NCBI GenBank assembly: GCA_002728175.1
Contig: PBVH01000012.1
Span: forward strand, 105,037-169,036
Direction of reading: 5' to 3'
Source: Flavobacteriales bacterium
Lineage (GTDB): Bacteria; Bacteroidota; Bacteroidia; Flavobacteriales; BACL11
Length of the DNA stretch: 64,000 bases
Positions 28,959-37,807 of the stretch are shown piece after piece (position 1 is the stretch's first letter; each line of letters opens with the position of its first letter). The position numbers and the translations under genes are program-made. The notes beneath the pieces were generated by a model, which saw only the letters and a list, made by a program, of their open reading frames with translations, made no database searches and was not told where the DNA came from.

Positions 28959-30491
28959 ATGATAAATATACAAGAAACTCTTTGCACGCTTGGGATTTTA
29001 GAAATTAACGCTGGTTCTTCTACGGGTCAAACATCATATAAGTCTGATAATATAATTCATTCTTATTCTCCTGTTGATGGAAAATTAATAGGCTCAGTTT
29101 CTGTAACAACTGAAGAAGAATATGAGAAAATAATACAAACTGCTTCTCAAGCTTTTAAACATTGGCGTTCCGTTCCCGCTCCAAAAAGAGGGGAAATTGT
29201 TAGGCAATATGGAGAAAAACTTCGTAAATACAAACAGCCTTTAGGTGAGCTCGTTTCTTATGAAATGGGTAAGTCATTACAAGAGGGTCTTGGGGAGGTT
29301 CAAGAAATGATTGATATTTGTGATTTTGCAGTGGGGCTTTCTAGACAACTTCATGGTTTAACCATGCATTCTGAAAGGCCAGGACACAGAATGTATGAAC
29401 AATATCATCCGCTTGGAATTGTTGGAATAATTTCTGCATTTAATTTTCCTGTTGCTGTTTGGAATTGGAATACTGCTCTTGCGTGGATTTGTGGGGATGT
29501 GTGTGTTTGGAAGGCCTCTGAAAAAACACCTCTATGTGCTGTTGCGTGTCAAAACATCTGGGTTGAGGTGGCTAAGGAAAATAACCTTCCTGAAGGAGTG
29601 TCTTGTATTGTAAATGGTGACTTTAAAGTTGGTGAGCTTATCACTAAAGATGATCGTGTTCCTCTCGTTTCAGCGACTGGATCAACTAGAATGGGAAGAA
29701 TTGTTGGCTCTGTTGTTGCAGAGCGTTTTGGAAAATCTTTACTAGAACTTGGCGGGAACAATGCGATAATTATTACCCCTGATGCAGATCTTGATATAAC
29801 AATAATAGGAGCTTTGTTTGGTGCTGTGGGAACGTGTGGTCAAAGATGTACCTCAACCAGAAGGCTTATTGTTCACGAATCATTATATAATGAAGTTAAA
29901 ACAAAATTATCAAAAGCATATACTCAATTGAAAATAGGAAATCCTCTTGATGAAACAAATCATGTTGGACCTCTTATAGATAAAGATGCGGTTAATACCT
30001 ATTTGGAAGCAATTGAAAGGGCAAAAAAGGAAGGAGGTGCCGTTTTAGTGGAGGGTGAAGTATTAAAAGGACCCAATTATACAAGCGGGTGTTATGTTAA
30101 GCCTGTAATTATAGAGGCTGAAAATCATTATGATATTGTTCAACATGAAACATTTGCGCCAATATTATATTTAATAAAATATTCTTCTCTTGATGAAGCT
30201 ATAGAGATGCAAAACGGTGTTAAACAAGGTTTGTCTTCTGCTATTATGACTAATAATTTACGAGAAGCTGAAAAGTTTCTTTCTGCCTCTGGTAGTGATT
30301 GTGGTATTGCAAATGTTAATATTGGAACTAGTGGGGCTGAAATTGGCGGTGCTTTTGGTGGTGAAAAAGAAACCGGTGGGGGTAGAGAAAGCGGTAGTGA
30401 CGCTTGGAAAATATATATGAGAAGACAAACAAACACTATTAATTACACCTCTGATCTTCCTTTGGCACAAGGAATTAAGTTTGATTTATAG
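28959..30491 (+). CDS. ALDH7-type aldehyde dehydrogenase (alpha-aminoadipic semialdehyde / piperideine-6-carboxylate dehydrogenase-like)
   Basis: 510-aa ORF with ELGGNNA and the catalytic Cys in GTCGQRCTS. The segment [19 protein letters not shown] is characteristic of the ALDH7 (antiquitin) subfamily. Confidence 0.85.
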   Translation: MINIQETLCTLGILEINAGSSTGQTSYKSDNIIHSYSPVDGKLIGSVSVTTEEEYEKIIQTASQAFKHWRSVPAPKRGEIVRQYGEKLRKYKQPLGELVSYEMGKSLQEGLGEVQEMIDICDFAVGLSRQLHGLTMHSERPGHRMYEQYHPLGIVGIISAFNFPVAVWNWNTALAWICGDVCVWKASEKTPLCAVACQNIWVEVAKENNLPEGVSCIVNGDFKVGELITKDDRVPLVSATGSTRMGRIVGSVVAERFGKSLLELGGNNAIIITPDADLDITIIGALFGAVGTCGQRCTSTRRLIVHESLYNEVKTKLSKAYTQLKIGNPLDETNHVGPLIDKDAVNTYLEAIERAKKEGGAVLVEGEVLKGPNYTSGCYVKPVIIEAENHYDIVQHETFAPILYLIKYSSLDEAIEMQNGVKQGLSSAIMTNNLREAEKFLSASGSDCGIANVNIGTSGAEIGGAFGGEKETGGGRESGSDAWKIYMRRQTNTINYTSDLPLAQGIKFDL

Positions 30492-30589
30492 TCTATTTAT
30501 TCTTCTTTTTGGTTTTTTAGTATTTCTTCTAATTTGAATGCTAAAACAAGTTGATTTCGTCCATATGATATTTATTTTATTTAATAACT

Positions 30590-31026
30590 TTAATTTATTT
30601 TTTTGTACATAAAATAGTGTTTTCCTATCTCTGGAATATCAAATTCTTCTCCTTTTATTTGAAATCCTATTTTTTTATAAAATTCGATGGCAATTATCCT
30701 TGCATTACACCACAATAATGTTCCTTTTTTTTTATTATTTCTTCAACCGCTCGTGACATTATCTTTTTTCCAATTCCTCTTTTTCTATATTCTATATCTG
30801 TAGCCATGCCTCTTAGTCTATATGCCTTTTCGTTTGGAAAATATTTATTCTCTTCTGGATAAAATGTTGCGCAGCTTATTGCTTTATTATTATAAATACA
30901 TGCTAAATGAAATGTTTTGCTTTCTTCGTCTCTTTTATAAGACGTGGTTGAATATGGTTTACCTTGTCTAAGATTTCTGTGTCTTATTTTTCTTATATCA
31001 AACGCATTTACTCTTTTTATTAACAT
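30590..31026 (-). pseudogene. GNAT family N-acetyltransferase interrupted by a frameshift in a homopolymer (T9 at 30725..30733)
   Basis: The track ORF 30694..31026 ends ...AVEEIIKKKEHYCGVMQG*. The adjacent frame continues with GTLLWCNARIIAIEFYKKIGFQIKGEEFDIPEIGKHYFMYKKIN*, stopping at 30590..30592, which is the expected GNAT C-terminus. One extra A in the coding-strand A9 run would restore a 145-aa protein. The acetyl-CoA motif RLRGMATDIEYRKRGIGKK is present. Confidence 0.7.
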
Positions 31027-31029
31027 CTT

Positions 31030-32079
31030 TTAATTTAATTTTGGTCTCTCATCTCTATTTGCCAAATCCCAAGCTGTTAAAAATATTAACTGTGTGATTT
31101 TTTTAGTTTTTTCAAAATCTATTTTTTCTATAGTATCTGTCATTTTATGATAGTCTTCGTGAACCCCATTAAAATAAAAAATTACAGGTATTTTGTTTTT
31201 TGCAAAATTATAATGATCTGATCTATAGTAATATCTATTTGGATCATCTTCCTGGTTGAATGTATAGTCTAGTTCAAGGTTTGTATATTTATTGTTTACC
31301 TCTTCGCTTATATCGTGTAATTCTTGACTAAGCATATCTGAACCAATTAAATAGACATAATTCCCATCTTTATGCCAATCATCTATTCTTCCTATCATAT
31401 CAATATTAAGATTTGCAACCGTATTTTCAAGTGGAAAAATAGGTTTTTTTGTATAGTATTTTGATCCTAAAAGTCCTTTTTCTTCACCTGAAACTGGCAT
31501 TATTAAAATACTTCTTCTTGGCCCATTTCCTTCTTTTTTTGCTAGCATAAAAGCCCTTGCTATTTCTAATGTTGCTGCAGTTCCTGAGCCATTATCATCT
31601 GCACCAGGAAATATTAATGTGTCATGTTTTCCTAAATGATCGTAATGGGCTGTTATAGCTATTATTTCTTCTTTTAAGTCAGATCCTTCTATATAACCAA
31701 GTACATTTTCTCCCTCAATCCACCTTTTTACTCCTAATAAATCTCTAACAAAATCTACATCACAATCATCACACTTGCATAGATGTCTATTTGATTTTAC
31801 TCTAAATTTTTGAAAATATGATGTTTCTTTTCTTTTTGTATATTTATTTGTTGTTGTTACACTAGGTGGTATTCCTATTTTTTCAAAATGATTTGCAATA
31901 TAATTAGCTGCCTTTTTTTGACCTGGCTTTCCTGTTTCTCTTCCCTCAAGAGAATCGGATGTTAAAATTAAAATATGTTTTTCTAATTCTGATTTTTTTA
32001 TTGTTTCTGCATATTTTAAATTATTTTGTGCAATTACTGATACAGAAAAAATTAAATTTATTAAAATGATTTTTCTCAT
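31030..32079 (-). CDS. M28 family aminopeptidase, secreted
   Basis: 349-aa ORF with a signal peptide and the M28 motifs HYDHLG, GADDNGSGTAATLEIARAF, SGEEKGLLGS and DHYNF. Confidence 0.82.
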   Translation of the reverse strand: MRKIILINLIFSVSVIAQNNLKYAETIKKSELEKHILILTSDSLEGRETGKPGQKKAANYIANHFEKIGIPPSVTTTNKYTKRKETSYFQKFRVKSNRHLCKCDDCDVDFVRDLLGVKRWIEGENVLGYIEGSDLKEEIIAITAHYDHLGKHDTLIFPGADDNGSGTAATLEIARAFMLAKKEGNGPRRSILIMPVSGEEKGLLGSKYYTKKPIFPLENTVANLNIDMIGRIDDWHKDGNYVYLIGSDMLSQELHDISEEVNNKYTNLELDYTFNQEDDPNRYYYRSDHYNFAKNKIPVIFYFNGVHEDYHKMTDTIEKIDFEKTKKITQLIFLTAWDLANRDERPKLN

Positions 32080-32110
32080 TTTTATATAATTATGCTATTA
32101 CCTAATTTAT

Positions 32111-32539
32111 TTAAATTTTAATCTTTTCTACTCTTTTTTGATGTCTCCCCCCTTCAAAATTGGTATCTAAAAAAATATCTACTATACTTTTTACTTCTTC
32201 CCATTCTAAATGTCTCGCTGGCATAGTTAATATATTTGCATTGTTATGTAATCTTGCTTGTTCTGCAATATGTGTATTCCAACATAGTGCTGATCTAATT
32301 CCTTGGTGCTTATTTGCAGACATATTTATCCCATTTCCTGTTCCACAAAATTGAATTCCTAATTTATTTTCTCCGTTTTCTATACTTTTTGCTAATTTGT
32401 GGGCAAAGTCTGGATAATCTACACTATCTAAAGAATAACACCCAAAATCTTTAATCTCTTTATTATTATTTAATAAATATTTTTTTAACTTTTCTTTATA
32501 TTTAAATCCAGCATGATCACAAGCGAGTCCTATTTTCAT
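32111..32539 (-). CDS. rpiB: Ribose-5-phosphate isomerase B
   Basis: 142-aa ORF. MKIGLACDHAGFKYKEKL...CGTGNGINMSANK is typical of RpiB/LacAB. Confidence 0.9.
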   Translation of the reverse strand: MKIGLACDHAGFKYKEKLKKYLLNNNKEIKDFGCYSLDSVDYPDFAHKLAKSIENGENKLGIQFCGTGNGINMSANKHQGIRSALCWNTHIAEQARLHNNANILTMPARHLEWEEVKSIVDIFLDTNFEGGRHQKRVEKIKI

Positions 32540-32800
32540 AATTTTTAATATTGTTAATTACTTTATTTTTTATCTAAAACTATTGTTATTTTATTAACTT
32601 TTATAAATTACTTTTTGTTAATAAATAACTAGTTTTTTTTAAATTATATATTTTTTTTTAGGATGCTATTTATAAGCAATTCTAAATTTTAAAAGTCAAT
32701 ATTTTTTATTATATATTTTAAATTATTTACTATCTATTTTATCAACTTTTTTACATTTTAAAAGTATAATTTTTTATTAAAATTTATTGTTGATTTATAT

Positions 32801-32828
32801 TATTAACAATTAAATAATATTGTTAATA
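32801..32828. repeat. Perfect 10-bp inverted repeat TATTAACAAT-N8-ATTGTTAATA. It belongs to a 5-copy TTGTTAAT/ATTAACAA motif family.
   Basis: Read directly from the sequence. Arms are 32801..32810 and 32819..32828. Further exact 8-mers are at 32551..32558 and 32615..32622 (forward) and 32944..32951 (reverse). Confidence 0.6.
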
Positions 32829-33044
32829 TTTATAAAAAACTAATCTTTATATGATATATATTTTTATTCAATAATTTAATAAAAAGTTAATAACTATTAA
32901 AATCTTATATATACAAATATTCAATACTATTTTTTTCAACTCAATTAACAATTAATTAATATTATACTATAATTTTTATTTTATAAAAAAAATTGTAATT
33001 ATATAATTAATCTACGAACAAATTAAATGATAAAATATGTCAAA

Positions 33045-33052
33045 TAAATTTG
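33045..33052 (+). promoter_or_regulatory. Candidate Bacteroidota sigma-A -7 box (TAAATTTG, matching TAnnTTTG) for the T9SS cargo gene
   Basis: Exact match to the TAnnTTTG consensus, 33 nt upstream of the ATG at 33086. Such a motif is expected fairly often by chance in AT-rich DNA. Confidence 0.35.
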
Positions 33053-33085
33053 GTATGTTTACGCTATTAAATTAAAAACAAGATT

Positions 33086-35188
33086 ATGAAAAATTTATTT
33101 ACTCTTCTTAATATTTTATTATTCATTTTTTATAGTAATAATACTTTTTCTCAAATGAGTTATTTTGAAGATTTTGAAAGTTATACTTCTGGAAGTCCAA
33201 TAGCTCAAACTTCTTCTCACTGGAATTCCTGGGATGAAATAATGAATAATTCAGTAGCACCATTTATAGATGATTGCAATGTAATAGATCCTAGTTTAAG
33301 CTCACCTATTACTGCATATAGTGGATTAAATACATTATATTTTAAAGAAAATAATGCTGGACAAGGAGGTCCTGAAGATATTTTATTTTATTTTGATACA
33401 ACACAAAATATAAATCAAACTGTTTTTCCAAGTTTATCAACTCCTCATGTAGCTGGTGATATAGTTTTTTCTCAAATGATGTATGTAAGAACAGGAGCAT
33501 ATTTAAATTTTCAATCATTAAATAACGTAGGACAAGGAACAGGAGTATGGGCCCTAGAAGTTAATTTTGAAACAACGGGTGATATTCTAATGGGTAATAC
33601 GGCAGTTCCTTCACTTGGAGCAGGATCATATCCAATAGGACAATGGTTTGAATTTAAATTTGAAATAGATTTATCAAGTAATAATTGGGAATTATTTATT
33701 GATGGGGTATCACAAGGGTCTTTTTCAAATCCTGAAAATAAAGTTTCTTCCGTTGACTATTATACTAGAGCTGGAGATGAGTACTATATAGATGATGTTT
33801 CTTTTTCTTTTACACCCGCAACACTTGCCCCAATTAATGGACAAACAGTTAGTTGTAATACTATTGAAGGCTTGTCAGGTCAACAAAGATATCCTTCTGT
33901 TGACGTAAGAAATTTTGGATTAAACGTTATAAATTCTTTTGATTTAACATTTGATTATAATGGAATACAAGTAACAGAAAATGTAAGTAATATAAATTTA
34001 GGATTTGGTTTAGGTTCTTTAGATGTAATGACTGTAGAATTTACAAATCCAATTACTTTAGCAGGGGGAACAAACCCAGCAGTTATTTATATTCATAATA
34101 TTAACAGTGGAGTAAACCAAAGTACGTCAGATGATACACTAATAGTTAATATTGAAGCTGTTGCTCCTGCACCAGGAAAATTAGTTATAGGAGAAGAGGC
34201 AACAGGAACTTGGTGTTCTTGGTGTCCAAGAGGAGCTGTTGCTATGAATTGGATGGATCATGATTATGAAGGATTTTGGCAAGGAATAGCTGTACATAAT
34301 GCTGATCCAATGGCTAACGCAGATTACGATGCCGGATTAGCTCCATATATAGGAGGTTATCCAAGTGGACTAGTAGATAGAGGGCCAGAAATAGATCCAT
34401 CTGTTTTTAAAGGAGATTTTTTACAAAGAATTCAAGTGGCACCAAGTGCAATAATGACTAATGGTGCTCAGTTAATTGGGGACACATTAAAAGTATCTAT
34501 GGTTGTAGATTTTCAAACAACTGTTGGTCCAATGTATAAATTAGCATGTGTTATAACAGAAGATTCTGTTACAGGTTCGGGACCTGATTATTATCAAGCT
34601 AATGCCTACAGTGGGGGAACATCATTAATAGATGTTGATGGAAGTGATTGGAACCAAAAACCAGGTAATGTTCCAGATTATATGATGACATACAAGCATG
34701 TTGCAAGATATATATCTCCTTCTTTTTCAGGAAACCCTATAGGAAAAACATATAATACAGGAGAAAAAGATACGGTTTGTTTTGAGTTTATATTAGATCC
34801 TAATTGGGATAAAAACCAAATTAGTATTGTAGGTATGTTTATAGATCCAAATAATATGATAGATAATGGATCATCAACTAAAATTTATGAGGCTGAAGCA
34901 AATGGATATCATCCTTGCTCCTCTGTGTCTACATCTACAGCAATACAGTTAAATGGACCAGACAATGTAAATGTTTATCCAAACCCAACATACGATAAAA
35001 TTTATATAAGTAACTTAAAAGAAAATAATGTAACTTTAAAAGTATTTGATATAAGTGGAAAGGAGGTGATTTATAAAATAGTATCTAATAAAGAACAAAT
35101 AGATATGTCTAAACTTTCCAAAGGAATATATCAATTTTCTTTTGAAGGAAAAGAATGGAAAGAAAATAGAAGAATAGTTAAAGATTAA
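33086..35188 (+). CDS. Multidomain secreted protein: LamG/jelly-roll-like N-domain, CARDB-like domain, Omp28-related thioredoxin-like domain (WCSWCP), and a T9SS type A C-terminal sorting domain
   Basis: 700-aa ORF with a signal peptide. The N-terminus YFEDFESYTSGS...YYIDDVSFSF is typical of concanavalin-like modules. The middle has GEEATGTWCSWCPRGAV (Omp28-related/thioredoxin-like CxxC). The C-terminus VNVYPNPTYDKIYISNL...FDISGKEV...LSKGIYQFSF is a Por secretion tail. Confidence 0.8.
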   Translation: MKNLFTLLNILLFIFYSNNTFSQMSYFEDFESYTSGSPIAQTSSHWNSWDEIMNNSVAPFIDDCNVIDPSLSSPITAYSGLNTLYFKENNAGQGGPEDILFYFDTTQNINQTVFPSLSTPHVAGDIVFSQMMYVRTGAYLNFQSLNNVGQGTGVWALEVNFETTGDILMGNTAVPSLGAGSYPIGQWFEFKFEIDLSSNNWELFIDGVSQGSFSNPENKVSSVDYYTRAGDEYYIDDVSFSFTPATLAPINGQTVSCNTIEGLSGQQRYPSVDVRNFGLNVINSFDLTFDYNGIQVTENVSNINLGFGLGSLDVMTVEFTNPITLAGGTNPAVIYIHNINSGVNQSTSDDTLIVNIEAVAPAPGKLVIGEEATGTWCSWCPRGAVAMNWMDHDYEGFWQGIAVHNADPMANADYDAGLAPYIGGYPSGLVDRGPEIDPSVFKGDFLQRIQVAPSAIMTNGAQLIGDTLKVSMVVDFQTTVGPMYKLACVITEDSVTGSGPDYYQANAYSGGTSLIDVDGSDWNQKPGNVPDYMMTYKHVARYISPSFSGNPIGKTYNTGEKDTVCFEFILDPNWDKNQISIVGMFIDPNNMIDNGSSTKIYEAEANGYHPCSSVSTSTAIQLNGPDNVNVYPNPTYDKIYISNLKENNVTLKVFDISGKEVIYKIVSNKEQIDMSKLSKGIYQFSFEGKEWKENRRIVKD

Positions 35189-37304
35189 TTATTGATAGAT
35201 AAAGCTGCTTTCTTTCCAAATCGCTTTTTAATATTTTAACTTTTATATTTTGTCCTAGTTGGAAGGTTTTTAGAGAAGAATATCCAGTTAGGCAAAATTC
35301 TTTACTATTATAGACATAATGATCATCTGTCATAGATGACAATTTAATTAACCCTTCACAACCCGAATCGTTTAAAACAACATAAACACCCCATTCTGTT
35401 ATTCCAGAAATTTTTCCCTTAAATACATTACCAATTTTATTTTTAAAATAAAGTGCTTGCATGTATTTAAAAGAAGCTCTTTCCGCAAGATTTGCATTTC
35501 TTTCTGTTTCAGAACAATGTTTACATAAGCCTTCTAAATTGAGCGAAGAAAAAGAATCTACTTTTAAAATAAACTTTAATATTCTGTGAACGAGTAAATC
35601 AGGATATCTTCTAATGGGAGATGTAAAATGAGAATAATAAGAAAAAGCTAATCCAAAATGACCAATGTTTTTGGTAGTATACTTTGCTTTAGCCATCGAA
35701 CTAGCAACAAGGTTTTGAAAAAGTGTTTTTTCACCACTTTCTAAAGTTTCCTTTAAAAAAGCATTTAATTTTTTGGGCAGATTATCTCCTAACTTAAACG
35801 AGTAATTATAATCAAATTGTTTGGCTATTTTAGACAAAATAGAGAGTTTATCTATATTAGGTTTATCATGAATTCTATAAATAGAATTAAACGCATAATT
35901 TTTATTAATATATGTAGCAACAGTTTTATTAGCTAAAAGCATAAATTCTTCAATTAAGCTGTTTGTTTGAAGATAACTTTTGTGTTTTAAGCCGATAGGA
36001 ACATTGTTTTTATCAAGTAAAAACTTTATATCAGAGCTTTCAAAGTTAATAGACCCGTCTAATATTCTGTTGTTTTTTAATAGTTTGGCCGTTTTATTTA
36101 GAAAAGAAAGCTCTTCTACAAAAACACCAGAGTTATTATCTATACAACTTTGTGCCGACTCATATGTAAAACGATGGTTAGAACAAATAATCGTTTCCGA
36201 AAAATAGAAGTCGTTAATATTTGCTTTATTATCAAGTTTAAAAATAACTGAAAAAGCTAGCCTGTCAACATTAGGTTTTAAAGAACAAATGTCATTGGAA
36301 AGATTTTCAGGCAACATAGGTATAACACGATCAGCAAGATAGACACTATTTCCTCTTTTTTTTGCTTCATTATCAAGCAGATCAGCAGGTTTAACATAAA
36401 AAGAAACATCAGCAATATGAACCCCAACTTCCCAGAGATTTTTGGAAAGTTTTTTAACAGAAAGAGCATCATCAAAATCTTTTGCGTCTTCAGGGTCAAT
36501 TGTAAATGTATTTGTGTTTCGAAAATCTAAACGAGACTTAAGTATCGACGGGCTAATAGAAAGGGTTTTGTTTTTTGAGAAGTCTAGTAAGTCTTTTTCA
36601 AAAAAATCAGATAGTCCATGGTCATATATTATAGAGTCAATAGCAGTAAAATGATTGTTTTTTTCTCCTAACACACGAATTATTTTTCCAACAGGGTTTT
36701 TACCTCCACTTAGCCAAGAAGTAACCTGCACTAATACTTTTTTGTTTTTATAATGAGATTTAAATAAAGATTTTGGAATAAAGATATCAAAAGGAACTTT
36801 TTTGTTATCGGCAACTAAAAAACAACCAGAGGAAGAAACATCTAAAACGCCAACAAAGGAATTTTTTTTTCTTTCAACAACTTTTGTTATCTCAGCGAGT
36901 TTTTTCTTTTTACTTACACTATATACAGTAATTTCAACAATATCATCTGCTAAAGAAAACAAAGAGAGGTGCATTGGAACAAAATATTCTGAATCTCCAA
37001 CAGAAACATAGACTCCTTTTTTAGAGGTGTTTTTAACCACACCAGCTAGACATAAATTTTTTAAATTTAATCTAAAATAGCCTCGTCTAATCTCTTTTAT
37101 ATATGAAGACGCCTTAAGTTCTTCAAGAAGATCACATATAATGGTTTTAATATTTTGATTTTTAATATTTAGTTTTTTAGCGATCTGCTTATAGTTCATT
37201 GACAAGGAAGGGTTTTCTTTGTATATAGAGCGAATTGAAGCAAATAAATTCTTTTTTGAAAAGTTTCTTACAGCCTTGGGTTTTTTATTTTTCTTTTTGC
37301 GCAT
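35178..37304 (-). CDS. rnr: Ribonuclease R
   Basis: 708-aa ORF with RNB-domain motifs (DPEDAKDFDDALS, HFGLAFSYYSHFTSPIRRYPDL) and a C-terminal S1 domain. Confidence 0.92.
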   Translation of the reverse strand: MRKKKNKKPKAVRNFSKKNLFASIRSIYKENPSLSMNYKQIAKKLNIKNQNIKTIICDLLEELKASSYIKEIRRGYFRLNLKNLCLAGVVKNTSKKGVYVSVGDSEYFVPMHLSLFSLADDIVEITVYSVSKKKKLAEITKVVERKKNSFVGVLDVSSSGCFLVADNKKVPFDIFIPKSLFKSHYKNKKVLVQVTSWLSGGKNPVGKIIRVLGEKNNHFTAIDSIIYDHGLSDFFEKDLLDFSKNKTLSISPSILKSRLDFRNTNTFTIDPEDAKDFDDALSVKKLSKNLWEVGVHIADVSFYVKPADLLDNEAKKRGNSVYLADRVIPMLPENLSNDICSLKPNVDRLAFSVIFKLDNKANINDFYFSETIICSNHRFTYESAQSCIDNNSGVFVEELSFLNKTAKLLKNNRILDGSINFESSDIKFLLDKNNVPIGLKHKSYLQTNSLIEEFMLLANKTVATYINKNYAFNSIYRIHDKPNIDKLSILSKIAKQFDYNYSFKLGDNLPKKLNAFLKETLESGEKTLFQNLVASSMAKAKYTTKNIGHFGLAFSYYSHFTSPIRRYPDLLVHRILKFILKVDSFSSLNLEGLCKHCSETERNANLAERASFKYMQALYFKNKIGNVFKGKISGITEWGVYVVLNDSGCEGLIKLSSMTDDHYVYNSKEFCLTGYSSLKTFQLGQNIKVKILKSDLERKQLYLSIINL

Positions 37305-37339
37305 AATGTAAGTGATAAAAATAATCTTAATTTTACCTT

Positions 37340-37570
37340 GTGAAAAATTTTAAGCCAAAATATTTTATTCTTATTTTTTTTGTTATTGCAATAAGCTCAT
37401 GTAGAAGCAAGAAAACATTTAATGGAACAGCAGAGTTACCTTGTCCTGATCATGATGGTGTAAATATTGAAGAAGACAAAAAGTCTAAATGGAGACTGGT
37501 GCTATATAAAGACGGGAGAAGTGTCTTTGGAAAGAAAAAAAGAGGAAAAACAAAATTATTTAAAAAGTAA
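37340..37570 (+). CDS. Small basic lipoprotein, hypothetical
   Basis: 76-aa ORF with a GTG start, a lipobox (VIAISSC) and a Lys-rich C-terminus. I recognise no family. Confidence 0.4.
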   Translation: MKNFKPKYFILIFFVIAISSCRSKKTFNGTAELPCPDHDGVNIEEDKKSKWRLVLYKDGRSVFGKKKRGKTKLFKK

Positions 37571-37623
37571 TAATAGTAAGGAACATTAGTTTAAACGTTC
37601 TTTTGGAAGGCATAACATAAACG

Positions 37624-37653
37624 AAAAAAAGGAGCTCTACTCATAGAGACTCC
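37624..37653 (-). terminator. Rho-independent terminator downstream of tRNA-Asn. It may also act bidirectionally for the plus-strand lipoprotein gene.
   Basis: The minus-strand RNA reads GGAGUCUCUA-UGAG-UAGAGCUCC, with one bulged U, followed by U7. Confidence 0.6.
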
Positions 37654-37666
37654 TTCTGTTCGCTTG

Positions 37667-37740
37667 CTCCCCCTCTAGGACTCGAACCTAGGACCCTCTG
37701 ATTAACAGTCAGATGCTCTAACCAGCTGAGCTAAGGAGGA
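37667..37740 (-). tRNA. tRNA-Asn (anticodon GTT)
   Basis: Minus-strand 74-mer TCCTCCTTAGCTCAGCTGGTTAGAGCATCTGACTGTTAATCAGAGGGTCCTAGGTTCGAGTCCTAGAGGGGGAG. It folds by hand into a cloverleaf with a 7-bp acceptor stem (one G-U pair), D stem GCTC/GAGC, anticodon stem TCTGA/TCAGA with loop CTGTTAA, and T arm CTAGG-TTCGAGT-CCTAG. CCA is not encoded. Confidence 0.92.
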
Positions 37741-37755
37741 GTAAAAAAAGGTTGA

Positions 37756-37763
37756 CAAAAATA
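37756..37763 (-). promoter_or_regulatory. Candidate -7 box (TATTTTTG on the minus strand) for tRNA-Asn
   Basis: Exact TAnnTTTG match, 15 nt upstream of the mature tRNA 5' end. Confidence 0.4.
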
Positions 37764-37786
37764 AGAGAAAGCTTTAAATAATAAAA

Positions 37787-37794
37787 TATATTTG
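37787..37794 (+). promoter_or_regulatory. Candidate -7 box (TATATTTG) for the PfkB kinase gene
   Basis: Exact TAnnTTTG match, 13 nt upstream of the ATG at 37808 and divergent from the tRNA promoter. Confidence 0.35.
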
Positions 37795-37807
37795 CTAAAA
37801 AATTTTT

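Larger units (their letters stand above)
32540..33085. other. Exceptionally AT-rich divergent intergenic region between rpiB (minus) and the T9SS cargo gene (plus)
   Basis: No ORF. By hand count there are about 59 G/C in about 546 nt (~11% G+C). It is the longest non-coding tract in the window; most other gaps are under 100 nt. Confidence 0.9.

Noticed and set aside
32540-33085. The AT-rich 546-bp tract as a chromosomal replication origin (oriC).
   Set aside because: I found no DnaA boxes close to TTATCCACA/TGTGGATAA; the best match, TTATCTAAA, has two mismatches. There is no flanking dnaA, dnaN or gidA, and no clustered 13-mer-type repeats beyond generic AT richness.
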